64,000 nt of DNA from a virus (Duplodnaviria > Caudoviricetes), in IMG/VR virus record IMGVR_UViG_3300025398_000635, positions 1 through 64,000 of that record, one strand, 5' to 3'. Positions 45,555 through 55,459 of this stretch are shown in pieces. A program made the position numbers and the translations under genes. The first letter of the stretch is position 1; the number at the start of each line of letters is the position of its first letter. The notes beneath the pieces are model-generated. The model worked only from the letters and a program-made list of their open reading frames with translations. It was not told where the DNA came from and ran no database searches.

Positions 45555-45646
45555 GAATCACCTTAGGACCGGTACTAGTTACCGTAGGTGGGGCGGCTGC
45601 TGCCCTGGGACAACTGATTCGCTACCGGGAATCCCTAAAGTGAGCA
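45555..45646 (+). ncRNA. Candidate structured intergenic RNA
   Basis: GC-rich island; CACCT/AGGTG enclosing CGGTA/TACCG; GGGCGG/CTGCCC; GGGA/TCCC; followed by a T run. Confidence 0.45.
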
Positions 45647-45668
45647 TTTTTTTTGACTAAATATCTTT

Positions 45669-45923
45669 ATGAAAATACGTGAATTGCTAGAAAATATGGA
45701 TCACAAAAAGGACAGTCAAGCTGTTCCTGAACTTAAAGCGGCCCTTCTAGCTCAAAAGAAAAAAATTCAATCAGTTAAAGATGATAAAGATGCAGTGTAT
45801 GATATCATTGACAGTATCATGACCAGCATCGCCAAAGCTCACGGAATGTCAGGACAACGAATCCATGACCTGTGGGTAGATCAATATAAAGAAATCCCCG
45901 ATACCTGGATCATGCACAAATAA
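45669..45923 (+). CDS. Hypothetical protein with MKIRELLE N-terminus
   Basis: TAAATA 5 nt upstream. Confidence 0.55.
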   Translation: MKIRELLENMDHKKDSQAVPELKAALLAQKKKIQSVKDDKDAVYDIIDSIMTSIAKAHGMSGQRIHDLWVDQYKEIPDTWIMHK

Positions 45924-45985
45924 ATCTGTTTGTAATCATTATATTAGTACATTATCATAAATAGTGTATTAAGAAAGATTATCAA

Positions 45986-47035
45986 ATGAAACGAGTGCTA
46001 TTCATCCTCAAACGTAGACCAGACTTCAATGCCAAAGTCCATACACACATTGGTCTAAGCACAGGTCTATATAATAGTGCTAAATTTATGCACGACATGT
46101 TATGTGATCGTGGCGTAGATAGTAGAATCGAGGTTGCTATAGATAATAACTGTATCGATCGACTAGTTACTAAACATCGCCCCACACATGTAATTATAGA
46201 AGCCATTTGGGTAGTACCTACTAAATTCGCTATCCTACAAAAATTACATCCAGACGTAACTTGGGTGATTCGCATCCACAGCGAAACTCCTTTCCTAGCA
46301 GGTGAAGGTAATGCACTCGATTGGATTGGAGATTATTCTGGATTTAAAAATATTGTGATATCGGCTAATGCACCTAGGATGTTGCATGAGACAAAACTAT
46401 ATCTACAGCATCGTAATCAATGGACTGATCAAGAAACAGAACAGCGTGTGGTCTATTTGCCTAATTTTTATCCTCAAGAATATAAAACTAAAGAATTTGA
46501 TAAAAACAAGTGGTGGGTTGATATTGGATGTTTTGGTGCTGTTCGACCACTTAAAAATCATCTAGTACAGGCTTTTGCAGCCATAGACTTTGCTGAAAGT
46601 ATGGGCAAGCAGTTGAGATTCCATATCAACGCCGGCCGTATTGAAATGCAAGGTGGTCCAGCTATCAATAATCTCAAAAGTTTATTCCAACAAATTAGTG
46701 ATCACGGGCATCAACTGATCAATCATCAATGGCGTCCTAGAGAAGAATTTTTAGAATTATGTTCAGAAATGGACATAGGATTACAAGTTAGTTTCAGTGA
46801 AACATTTAACATAGTAGGCTGCGATATTATTAGCTCGGGTGTTCCACTAGTTGGTAGCAGTGAAATTCCTTGGAATTGTAGCTTATTCAATGCTGATCCA
46901 ACAGACAGTAAGGATATTGCACGTATGCTAAAAAGGGCCTATAATCATCCTCAATTAAATGTCAAAGCAAATCAGTATCTAATGACTCGATACACAAATA
47001 ACTCAGCTAAAATTTGGACTAAATATTTCAGTTAA
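45986..47035 (+). CDS. GT-B fold glycosyltransferase-like protein
   Basis: GCFGAVRPLKNH; DIGLQVSFSETFNIV..D..G.PLV. Confidence 0.7.
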   Translation: MKRVLFILKRRPDFNAKVHTHIGLSTGLYNSAKFMHDMLCDRGVDSRIEVAIDNNCIDRLVTKHRPTHVIIEAIWVVPTKFAILQKLHPDVTWVIRIHSETPFLAGEGNALDWIGDYSGFKNIVISANAPRMLHETKLYLQHRNQWTDQETEQRVVYLPNFYPQEYKTKEFDKNKWWVDIGCFGAVRPLKNHLVQAFAAIDFAESMGKQLRFHINAGRIEMQGGPAINNLKSLFQQISDHGHQLINHQWRPREEFLELCSEMDIGLQVSFSETFNIVGCDIISSGVPLVGSSEIPWNCSLFNADPTDSKDIARMLKRAYNHPQLNVKANQYLMTRYTNNSAKIWTKYFS

Positions 47036-47045
47036 GGTTATCAGT

Positions 47046-47285
47046 ATGAGCATGCATAAAGTTAAATCGTCTTATTGGAAGCAAGGAATATTACAAACCC
47101 TTGAGCATTGGTTTGAATCAGTTGAAGAAGCTATAGATTTCGGTACAACTGTGCCTGCTTCTAATGTAAAAGTATTTGATCCAGAAGGCATGCTAATACA
47201 CGCACAAGACAATACAGTAGCATTAGTAAGCAGTTATGACTACAATGATAGCGGTTATAACTACAATGACAACAGTTATACTTAA
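47046..47285 (+). CDS. Small protein, tandem family copy 1
   Basis: HKV..W..G.L...H.FES.EEAI...VKVFD.EG; ends SYT. Confidence 0.65.
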   Translation: MSMHKVKSSYWKQGILQTLEHWFESVEEAIDFGTTVPASNVKVFDPEGMLIHAQDNTVALVSSYDYNDSGYNYNDNSYT

Positions 47286-47296
47286 AGGATAAAATT

Positions 47297-47488
47297 ATGA
47301 GCAAGCATCATGTAAGACATCATCACTGGGTTGGCGGAATTCTTAGCACAGTAGAACACTTTTTTGACACATTAGAAGAAGCTATTGAACATGCTAATGA
47401 TAGTGAAGCACATACTGTAAAAGTATATAGTCCGACTGGAGAACTACAGCATATTGTAACTCCGACCGGTACTGAAACCTACGCTTAA
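47297..47488 (+). CDS. Small protein, tandem family copy 2
   Basis: Same motif, His-rich N-terminus; ends TYA. Confidence 0.65.
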   Translation: MSKHHVRHHHWVGGILSTVEHFFDTLEEAIEHANDSEAHTVKVYSPTGELQHIVTPTGTETYA

Positions 47489-47497
47489 GGGAAAAAT

Positions 47498-47695
47498 ATG
47501 GCACATCGCAAACATAAGGTTAAAACACAAAATTGGTATAATGGTCAATTGCTTACTGTTGAAGAATTTTTTGACAGTATCGAAGACGCCATGGTTTATG
47601 CAGCAGCACAAACAGCACCACAGATTAAAGTGTACGACGACGAAGGAATGTTGGTTACCGCAATGTCACCAGCAAATCCAATTACCTACGCCTAA
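47498..47695 (+). CDS. Small protein, tandem family copy 3
   Basis: Same motif; ends TYA. Confidence 0.65.
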   Translation: MAHRKHKVKTQNWYNGQLLTVEEFFDSIEDAMVYAAAQTAPQIKVYDDEGMLVTAMSPANPITYA

Positions 47696-47701
47696 ATTAG
47701 T

Positions 47702-48403
47702 TTGATTATCTATACACTAGTGGTCACGCATATTACCATAGTATGCGTGACTTTATTTTTACATCGCGGCCAAGCACATAAAGGAATAGAATTCCATCCT
47801 ATTCTAAGTCACTTTATGCGATTCTGGTTATGGTTAACAACCGGCATGATTACACGCCAGTGGGTAGCTATACATCGTAAACATCATAGATTCAGTGATG
47901 TTGAAGGAGATCCACATTCGCCACACGTGTTCGGCTTTTGGAATATTCTATCTCGAGGTGTAATGTACTATGTTCAAGAAGGTAAAAATACTCAAACTAT
48001 AATGAGTTATGGCAAGGGAACACCCAACGACTGGATCGAACGTAATTTGTATACCCCATACAATTTCTACGGAATTCTCTTAATGCTAGTTATAAACTTA
48101 TTGTTATTTGGTCTGTGGGGATTTGTCATATGGGGTATACAACTTGCATGGATACCTTTCTGGGCAGCCGGAGTGATCAACGGAGTAGGGCATTGGTGGG
48201 GTTATAAGAACGGTGATACTAAGGATCAAAGTCGCAACATAATTCCTTGGGGCATTGTCATTGGCGGTGAAGAGCTACACAACAATCATCATATCAATCC
48301 AGCCAGTGTTAAGCTAAGTCGTCGTTGGTTTGAATTTGATATTGGGTATATGTGGCTACGCTTATTCAGCCTAGTAGGACTTGCTAAAATTACTTTGAGG
48401 TAG
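47702..48403 (+). CDS. Acyl-CoA (delta-9-like) fatty acid desaturase
   Basis: His boxes LHRGQAH, HRKHH, HNNHH. Confidence 0.9.
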   Translation: MIIYTLVVTHITIVCVTLFLHRGQAHKGIEFHPILSHFMRFWLWLTTGMITRQWVAIHRKHHRFSDVEGDPHSPHVFGFWNILSRGVMYYVQEGKNTQTIMSYGKGTPNDWIERNLYTPYNFYGILLMLVINLLLFGLWGFVIWGIQLAWIPFWAAGVINGVGHWWGYKNGDTKDQSRNIIPWGIVIGGEELHNNHHINPASVKLSRRWFEFDIGYMWLRLFSLVGLAKITLR

Positions 48404-50405
48404 CAACATAGGTGCCTGCCCAATTACTTGGGACACCTTCTTTTAAGCGTTCTTCCATCTTGTGATAATATTCAGCTAGTTCAGGATTAGCTGTTTGGCA
48501 AGACTCAATCAATCCCAATGCCTTAGTCCACTGTCCACGATAGTATAAATCTAAGAACTGTTCATGTTCTTTTGTGCTATTGCCCGGAGTATAGATCTTT
48601 AATCCGATCGTTTTACCTTTAACAGCAATACAATCTAATTCTACAACAGGAATTTCGTCACGTACTAGTTCAGCAGTGCGTGGACCAATAATTAATAAGA
48701 CACCGTAGCCTTTTGTTTGACCTTCTAAGCGTGCCGCAGTACTTACTGAATCTCCCAAGACATCATAGCCAAACTTGGTCTTAGCGCCAATGTTACCAAT
48801 GAGTGTTTCACCAGTGTTGACACCTGCGCCCATGCCCACTGGTGGACGTCCTTTGGCAGTTAATTCGACATTAAAATCAGCAATAGCCTGTATCATTTCT
48901 TGTGCTGTGCGTACCGCAGTTTTAGCATGATTGGCATCATCTAATGGAGCACCGTGTACATGTAGACTTGCATCACCAATGAACTTGATAAGTGTACCAT
49001 CATTTTTAAGCACAGGAACACTGAGAGCTGTCATGTAGTCGTTCATGATTTGTGTTAGCCCTTCTACGTCATCTCCAAATGATTCACCTAATGTAGTAAA
49101 GCCGCGCAAGTCAGTCATAACAATACTAAGTTCTTTACGCTCGCCACCTAGTTTAATTAGGCTAGGATCTTTCTGTAAGCGTTCTACAATAGTAGGATTA
49201 ACATAACTACCAAACTGTTTCTTGATCTGTTGTTTCTGTAAGAACTCGCTTACAAATTTGACCCCGTAAGTATGGAGACTAACAAGCACAAGCCCACTAA
49301 CCAAACCAGTAACGTCGACAAGCCAAGCATTAGTCGAATACAACAAATTAGAAAGGGGAATACTACCACCAATAATAATAACGCTAGTAAAAATTCCAAC
49401 ATAAGTCCACCTTGATAAAAAGATTAATAATATACCTAGAGCTACAAGTAATAATACTTCTCCGCCTTCTGCCCAGTCTGGACGAGTAATAGCTGATCGA
49501 TCCTTGTTGGCAATTACAGTACCTAGTACAGCCGCTTGTAAATCTTGTGGTAACATTTCACCTAGACTAGTAGCAACTGGATTTGCTAAGCCTTGTGCTG
49601 ACACACCTACAATAACTATTTCACCTTCAAAGTCTTGAGGTAAATCTGTTAGGCTATACTTGCTTGGTACTAGACTCCAATCAATCCAGATGCGACTTAG
49701 GCTGTCTGTTGTTATAGGGCCAAACTTAGGAATACGCATTTTCTCAACGCCATTCTCGTTGATCTTAACTTGGAATGTTGAATCGCCAGCAGCTACACGC
49801 AGTACTTCCATAGCAAGGCTAGGATATAGTTTACCGTCATGTGCAGCAACCATAGGCATACGGCGCACAACACCGTCAACTTCGGGCAAGGTATTGACAA
49901 GTCCTACACCGGCAGCAGCGGATTCTATACTAGACTGATTAGCTACAATTCCCGGATAGGTTACAAAAGAGTCCAAGCCATAAGGTCCAATAATAACAGA
50001 ACCAGGGTTCCGGGCTTGATTGCGATTATTTGTTGACCCAACTGCTGGAAGAATTGTGGGATACTGTCGGAGTGCTTGTATGTATTCCGCATCGTGCCCC
50101 ATGCGATCTCTATCAGGAGTAAGAACATTGAAAACCACAAGACCAGCATTACGGCGGTATAAGTCTCGGATGAGCTGGGCATATACATCTCTACTAAACG
50201 GGAATTGTCCATATTTTTCTAAAGCCTTTTCGTCAATGTTTACTACACTAACACCTATAGTCTCAGGTGCTTTGCTAGTTACTAGTGTATCAAAGTAACG
50301 TAGGCGTACTGATTCTACAAATGATGGGTCTGCTACACGTAAGCCCACTACTAACGCTAGTGTTAGCAGAGCAGTCCAGGGGCTAGTTAGGATTTTTTTC
50401 AGCAT
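48390..50405 (-). CDS. CHASE2-domain class III adenylate/guanylate cyclase
   Basis: VVNIDEKAL..WP-like FPFSRD (CHASE2); TM segments; TDLRGFT, KFIGDA, GVNTG, YDVLGDSVSTAARLEG. Confidence 0.92.
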   Translation of the reverse strand: MLKKILTSPWTALLTLALVVGLRVADPSFVESVRLRYFDTLVTSKAPETIGVSVVNIDEKALEKYGQFPFSRDVYAQLIRDLYRRNAGLVVFNVLTPDRDRMGHDAEYIQALRQYPTILPAVGSTNNRNQARNPGSVIIGPYGLDSFVTYPGIVANQSSIESAAAGVGLVNTLPEVDGVVRRMPMVAAHDGKLYPSLAMEVLRVAAGDSTFQVKINENGVEKMRIPKFGPITTDSLSRIWIDWSLVPSKYSLTDLPQDFEGEIVIVGVSAQGLANPVATSLGEMLPQDLQAAVLGTVIANKDRSAITRPDWAEGGEVLLLVALGILLIFLSRWTYVGIFTSVIIIGGSIPLSNLLYSTNAWLVDVTGLVSGLVLVSLHTYGVKFVSEFLQKQQIKKQFGSYVNPTIVERLQKDPSLIKLGGERKELSIVMTDLRGFTTLGESFGDDVEGLTQIMNDYMTALSVPVLKNDGTLIKFIGDASLHVHGAPLDDANHAKTAVRTAQEMIQAIADFNVELTAKGRPPVGMGAGVNTGETLIGNIGAKTKFGYDVLGDSVSTAARLEGQTKGYGVLLIIGPRTAELVRDEIPVVELDCIAVKGKTIGLKIYTPGNSTKEHEQFLDLYYRGQWTKALGLIESCQTANPELAEYYHKMEERLKEGVPSNWAGTYVATSK

Positions 50406-50421
50406 TGAATATTTATCCGTG

Positions 50422-50444
50422 AAAAAGCCCTCTTCGGAGGGCTT
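50422..50444 (-). terminator. Rho-independent terminator
   Basis: AAGCCCTC-CGAA-GAGGGCTT-TTT. Confidence 0.8.
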
Positions 50445-50582
50445 GTGAAATGAGCTATGCCCGAATGTGTGTATTATTAGAAATTAATTCTTGCCTGAAG
50501 TGATGCCAGTGTTTTCGCTCGTCTAGGTAATACCATATGTAAGCAGTGCCAAAGCCAAATAAGCCGCCTAGTATTTGTGCTA

Positions 50583-50858
50583 TTATTGTACCCATTCTTC
50601 TGTAGTCTCCTCTATCTCAGGATGCTTCATTAATAAAAAATCAGCATACTTTTCTGGCACTCGAAATTCTATAGTGTACTTGCCAATTTCCATACTTCCG
50701 TCATGGGCTTGTACATACTGCCAGATGTCTTCTTCCAGTAGATTATATTCCGGAGTATTCCTACCCTTACGCCATAGTTTAAAAAATCTCATGTTCGCTC
50801 TCATGATTAATTCCCCTGTCTTACTGTAATAGGTTGACAACCACCAGCAGTTACACAC
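50583..50858 (-). CDS. Hypothetical protein
   Basis: ORF track; probable start MRANMR. Confidence 0.45.
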   Translation of the reverse strand: MCNCWWLSTYYSKTGELIMRANMRFFKLWRKGRNTPEYNLLEEDIWQYVQAHDGSMEIGKYTIEFRVPEKYADFLLMKHPEIEETTEEWVQ

Positions 50859-51931
50859 ACGGTATTGATATAATAATTCTGTCCACCAGTTTGTGTTAAG
50901 TTTACACTACCCGGACCGCCAGCATTGGTAATGCTAATGCTGGCGTTGTTTGCTGTGCTACCTGATTGATTAACTGTGGCAGAATTTCCGGTGCCTAATA
51001 AGTTAACACTTAGATAATGTTGGCCGAGACCGCTTTGGCTTGTTGATACTGTATTCAAATCTCCTTGTACATTGACAAAGGATGCTTTGGCTGTATTGTC
51101 AGTTTGACTTGTATTCACAGTATTGTAATCTCCATTAACAGTTGTTGACAAATAATGCCCACCACCACCTGTATTAGTCTGCTCGCTATTGACTTGGTTG
51201 CCTGTTCCAGTTACACTTATCGCTTGATAATGCTGTCCGTTATCTTGTCCGTTAGTTTGATTACCTAAGGTCGTTCCTTGGTTAAGTCCTAGGGTATTAT
51301 AGCTACCATATACTTCAGCTTCAATTAAGTTCTGTCCGTAGGGATTACTTGGATCCCCTTGACGGATTTTAACAGTATTGCCCGAACCTTGTATTGGCAT
51401 GCTCTGTTGTCCTAATCCTGCTACACTGTTTTGTGTACCATTTTGTTGTACGATAACTGTATTGTTAGAGCCAACTTGATCTATATAGATACTATTTCGA
51501 GTAATATAATTAACTCTAGCACGGGCAGAATCTATTGCGGCTTGTTGATCAGCGGTAATAGCACTGACTGGTGTTGTTGGTGGCGGATAAAAAACATAAG
51601 TGGCACCGGATTCTCCCGGCACATTTAAATTTATTACTGCCCAATCAGCTGGATTACCTATAGAGTTTAAAGAAGCACCTGTTACAGTTCCGGCTTGCGG
51701 GCCTGTACAATTATTGCAGGTCCATACCCAACCGGGACCTATTCTAGAGACTGCGGATCCATTCCAGTCATGCATGCCAATGCTTCCAGACCATAGACCA
51801 ACGTAGGTGTTATTGCCGTTTACATTTTGTATCGAGCCGGTACTACTATCCGTAGTTGCGGCATTTTGAGCATGAGCGTTACCGCACATATTGAGTCCTG
51901 CGACAAGAAATAATATCATTAAGTATTTCAT
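50807..51931 (-). CDS. Secreted curlin-repeat protein
   Basis: Signal peptide; repeated xxQxGxxNxxxxxQ units (IYIDQVGSNNTVIVQQNG etc.). Confidence 0.7.
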   Translation of the reverse strand: MKYLMILFLVAGLNMCGNAHAQNAATTDSSTGSIQNVNGNNTYVGLWSGSIGMHDWNGSAVSRIGPGWVWTCNNCTGPQAGTVTGASLNSIGNPADWAVINLNVPGESGATYVFYPPPTTPVSAITADQQAAIDSARARVNYITRNSIYIDQVGSNNTVIVQQNGTQNSVAGLGQQSMPIQGSGNTVKIRQGDPSNPYGQNLIEAEVYGSYNTLGLNQGTTLGNQTNGQDNGQHYQAISVTGTGNQVNSEQTNTGGGGHYLSTTVNGDYNTVNTSQTDNTAKASFVNVQGDLNTVSTSQSGLGQHYLSVNLLGTGNSATVNQSGSTANNASISITNAGGPGSVNLTQTGGQNYYINTVCVTAGGCQPITVRQGN

Positions 51932-51932
51932 G

Positions 51933-53063
51933 TTAGTTCTGCTTTACAGTTATAGTAGTACCGGCACCGGAGTTGATACGGTTCTTAAATGTATACTGCC
52001 CTTGAGTCATGTAGACTGTAGCAGTTTCATTCTTGTTTACTGTTACACTTTCTTTGTTACTGCCATCATCACGATATAGTGTAACTGATAGATCATCCAC
52101 GTAGGCCTTGATACCTGTACTGGCACGATAATCTGGTAATAGTCCTGTATTAGTGGAATTTAGTAATTTCAATTCAGCGGCCAGCTCTTCATTTAACATA
52201 GTCAATACATTGGCTAGAAAATCCTGGTCTAGAAAGTTCTGAGCTAGCTTATTGGCGAATATCTGACGTTGTTGGTCAGCGAGCACGTTGCCCAAGTCTG
52301 CTTCTTTAAGAAAATCTTGACTTAATAAACTTACTGTGGTTCGTGATTGTTCTTGTTGTGCTTTCTTAAGTTCAGGGGGTGGTGATAGAATCAACAGATT
52401 ATTCATAGCATCTAGACTAAGATTAATGGTTACCGGTTTAGTTGGGGGTTGACTGCGGCTTTCAACCTTAGTGGCTTGGAACGCTTGATCTAGTGTAACC
52501 GACCCTGCGTCAGTAATAACGTCAATAATTCCAACCTTACAATCTCGCTTTACATCTGCCCATCCATTAGGACAGCTAGGCAATAGGATAACTGTACTGG
52601 CACCTAGTTCGTCTACAGTAGCAGTAAAATCAGTACCACGAACAGCAATAGTAGCTGTAGGGGTATTGATGGCGACTCGATTAGGATTATTATGAGCAAT
52701 AGCACCTGAAGCGTACCTGACAGTACCTTGCGCCATATTGAGAGCAAGTTTGCCTGCGGCAGGTTTTTTAGGGTCGTAGACAAATTCGTCAATAACTAGT
52801 CGACTATTTTCATTTACCTGTACCCTTGTATCGTCCGCGAATGTAATACCAACCTTACCTTGGTTGGTCTTTACCGCGTCCTCCATTTCCACTCCGGTTC
52901 CCTTGGTTCCAGTTAGAGTCGTCTTCGATCGTTGTATCGAAGCTGGGCTGTTCAATTGTTCCGTTATGGTCCCGATCGCGGCTTCGCAATTCGTGAATGT
53001 ACTCCCTAAGAGTACGCATAGTAGTCCCGTCCATATTAGTCTCCTTTTATAAACCATGAGCAT
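51933..53063 (-). CDS. FecR-domain secreted protein
   Basis: ITFADDTRVQVNENSRLVIDEFVYD; TPTATIAVRGTDF. Confidence 0.85.
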   Translation of the reverse strand: MLMVYKRRLIWTGLLCVLLGSTFTNCEAAIGTITEQLNSPASIQRSKTTLTGTKGTGVEMEDAVKTNQGKVGITFADDTRVQVNENSRLVIDEFVYDPKKPAAGKLALNMAQGTVRYASGAIAHNNPNRVAINTPTATIAVRGTDFTATVDELGASTVILLPSCPNGWADVKRDCKVGIIDVITDAGSVTLDQAFQATKVESRSQPPTKPVTINLSLDAMNNLLILSPPPELKKAQQEQSRTTVSLLSQDFLKEADLGNVLADQQRQIFANKLAQNFLDQDFLANVLTMLNEELAAELKLLNSTNTGLLPDYRASTGIKAYVDDLSVTLYRDDGSNKESVTVNKNETATVYMTQGQYTFKNRINSGAGTTITVKQN

Positions 53064-53206
53064 TTTTGTAACTCTCGCATAACTTGATCAGCAGTGGTTC
53101 CATTTACACGAGTCACTAGTTCCACAAAGTCCAACCAATTGTGTGCATAGTCATTCATACCATGACTCCACTGTTGGTACATGTGTTCTAGGAATCGTCG
53201 ATCCAT
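53036..53206 (-). CDS. Hypothetical protein, 56 aa
   Basis: Hand translation MDRRFLEHMYQQWSHG...; follows the curlin stop. Confidence 0.45.
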   Translation of the reverse strand: MDRRFLEHMYQQWSHGMNDYAHNWLDFVELVTRVNGTTADQVMRELQKCSWFIKGD

Positions 53207-53208
53207 GA

Positions 53209-54138
53209 TTAATTGTGATTACTTTGGTTTATAGTTGTAGTATTACTACTACCATTAATCTTTAGGTTAAGTATATTACTATCACTGGTAGTATTATTCT
53301 GTGTTACATTGACAGTATTACTGCTACCAGTCATGCCTAGGGCAACACTATTATTACCAGTTTGACCGATAGTAACACTATTACTGTTACCTACCATTGA
53401 ATCACCTGAGGCATAACCACCAATGCTGACACTATTCAAACCATTTTGATTGATTGTATAAGTGTTACTAGCACCATCGGATTTAATACCAACTGAGTTT
53501 CCACCCTGCATAGTGACCGAAGCAGTATTGTTGCCTCCGCCTATTAAGCTGATAGCGGCACTGCTATCACCACCAGATAGGTTAACATTTACTTGGTTGC
53601 TTGAACCTCCAGCTGTAGCGATATTAACATGATCCCTACCACCTATCATTTTAATATTAACACCGGCATTATCACCAACTTGGACAACATTGACACTACT
53701 GCTGGTAAAGCTGTTTTGTCCATCGCCATTAAGATCAATTATGGCTGTAGCACTATTACCTGTTACGCTATAGTTTACAGCAGGTGCCTGATAACCTCCC
53801 ATGGTGCTACCCACCATGCTAATATCTAATTTATTTTGATTACCTACTTGATTAATGTTGACTCCGGCATTATCACCGTAGAGTTTGGCTGAGACTGTAT
53901 TATCATCCCCACCCTGGATCGGTTGTACTCCTCGGACAACGTTTCCAAATCCATCCTGTGTGATAGCCACAGTTGCGCCACTACCGGATTGATCCACGTA
54001 GATGCTGTTATCTGCTGCCATTCCCAATGTTGGCATTGCAGCCACCATCAGAGTTGTAAGTAATTTTCTCGACAACTTACCAGCGCCTTTTAGACTTGAT
54101 GTATTCATCATCATTTTTTGATTTGGGTTGGAACTCAT
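53209..54138 (-). CDS. Curlin-like (CsgA/CsgB) repeat protein
   Basis: Signal peptide; NSIYVDQSG, NQVGNQN, GQTGNNS repeats rich in N/G/S/Q. Confidence 0.75.
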   Translation of the reverse strand: MSSNPNQKMMMNTSSLKGAGKLSRKLLTTLMVAAMPTLGMAADNSIYVDQSGSGATVAITQDGFGNVVRGVQPIQGGDDNTVSAKLYGDNAGVNINQVGNQNKLDISMVGSTMGGYQAPAVNYSVTGNSATAIIDLNGDGQNSFTSSSVNVVQVGDNAGVNIKMIGGRDHVNIATAGGSSNQVNVNLSGGDSSAAISLIGGGNNTASVTMQGGNSVGIKSDGASNTYTINQNGLNSVSIGGYASGDSMVGNSNSVTIGQTGNNSVALGMTGSSNTVNVTQNNTTSDSNILNLKINGSSNTTTINQSNHN

Positions 54139-54273
54139 TGTTTGTCATTTAAGCCAAACGCTTAGTTTATCCCCTCATCGCTCCTGGAGTCTCTGCTCCT
54201 TTAATTTTCGCTACTATCTTTCCTTTCTTAAAATATTTACTGCATTTGCAACTAAGATTTTATACTACTACTA

Positions 54274-55458
54274 CTATTGTTTTACTTCTTCCAACTTCTC
54301 TACAAGTATCCAACCGCCTCGTGATTGATTATCTGATACTTTTATCCATCCTTCGCTACCAGCCTGTTTTATTTCTACTACGGTGCCTTTCTTAAATTGC
54401 CAAGTTTTTTGACTCTTATCATTTGATTCTCTATAAATGAATTCAGCTTCTTTTAATCTGCGTTGGCCAACTAATTCTTTAGGTTCTTCTTTTTTTACTT
54501 CTATCTTAGGTTCTTCTTTTTTTACTTCTATCTTAGGTTCTTCTTTTTTTACTTCCGTATCTACTGCAACCGGTTGAGTTAGGGTAGGTGTCATAACTAC
54601 TACAGGTAGTTTACGATAATCCCATACTCCTTTGCGCTCACCTTCTTTGATCATTTCTACCACTGCGGCTTCGACGGTAGTCTTAACTGCTAGTGTTGCA
54701 GGTTCATTAATAGTCAATCCGCTTTCAAATTCAAATATTCCTGCTGTAGCACTAGTTGATCCTGTGTTGCCATTAAATACCTGCTGAAGTATGCCGCCCC
54801 CTGGATCAATACTTTTTAGGATGGCTACGCTATCTGCTGTTGAGTAAATGATCTTAGTTACTGTTACTGCTGCAAGTATCTTACCTGTGTTTACACTAAT
54901 AGCTCGTAAACTTACAGTAACAATATCTTTCGAGTATTGTGTCTGTGGACCTACACCCAAAAACTTATATGCCGCGCCTCCTGATTCTAGGCCTGTATCG
55001 TAACCAATGATACCACCTTCCATAATAATACCAGCGAACTGCATTGGCATTAGGGGTTTAGCATCCTTGCCTTCATATGCTTCACGCATCTGTTTGATGA
55101 TTAAGCGTTCTTTAGTAAGTGCATCGATGTTGCCACGCTCAACTACATCAAACCAACGGCCCTGTCCTACATCTTGTAGAGCTTTGATTAGGAACACCTC
55201 GGCACCCTGTGTGACCGCAGTTGAAAAACTAGCAACACCCGGAGTAGGTTTACGCTGTCCAGTTTTATCTGCAAACTGATAAACAGCAACACTGAGTTTA
55301 GGCCCCGCAGGTGGAGGAAGCAAATCAAATTCTTTTTGCATCTTATTCTCTGCTAACTTGGGCTCATGCTCTATGCCCGCAAGTTGTCCTGTCTTTTGTG
55401 TTATCGCACAACCGGACATTAATAAAACTGTAGAAAAAATAATTACTATTTTTTTCAT
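54274..55458 (-). CDS. csgG: Curli secretion channel CsgG with C-terminal extension
   Basis: Lipobox MSGC; VAVYQFADKTGQRK; STAVTQG; WFDVVER; LTKERLII; GGIIGYD. Confidence 0.92.
   Translation of the reverse strand: MKKIVIIFSTVLLMSGCAITQKTGQLAGIEHEPKLAENKMQKEFDLLPPPAGPKLSVAVYQFADKTGQRKPTPGVASFSTAVTQGAEVFLIKALQDVGQGRWFDVVERGNIDALTKERLIIKQMREAYEGKDAKPLMPMQFAGIIMEGGIIGYDTGLESGGAAYKFLGVGPQTQYSKDIVTVSLRAISVNTGKILAAVTVTKIIYSTADSVAILKSIDPGGGILQQVFNGNTGSTSATAGIFEFESGLTINEPATLAVKTTVEAAVVEMIKEGERKGVWDYRKLPVVVMTPTLTQPVAVDTEVKKEEPKIEVKKEEPKIEVKKEEPKELVGQRRLKEAEFIYRESNDKSQKTWQFKKGTVVEIKQAGSEGWIKVSDNQSRGGWILVEKLEEVKQ
54479..54555. repeat. 27-bp tandem repeat (2.9 copies) encoding KKEEPKIEV
   Basis: Unit TTAGGTTCTTCTTTTTTTACTTCTATC. 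Confidence 0.9.
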
Positions 55459-55459
55459 C

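Noticed and set aside
45555-45646. ZTP (pfl) riboswitch
   Set aside because: GCCCTGGG resembles the 3' motif, but the conserved 5' GACTGGCG core is missing and no purine/folate gene follows
54479-54555. 27-bp repeat as a mobile or CRISPR element
   Set aside because: In-frame linker repeat inside csgG with no spacers
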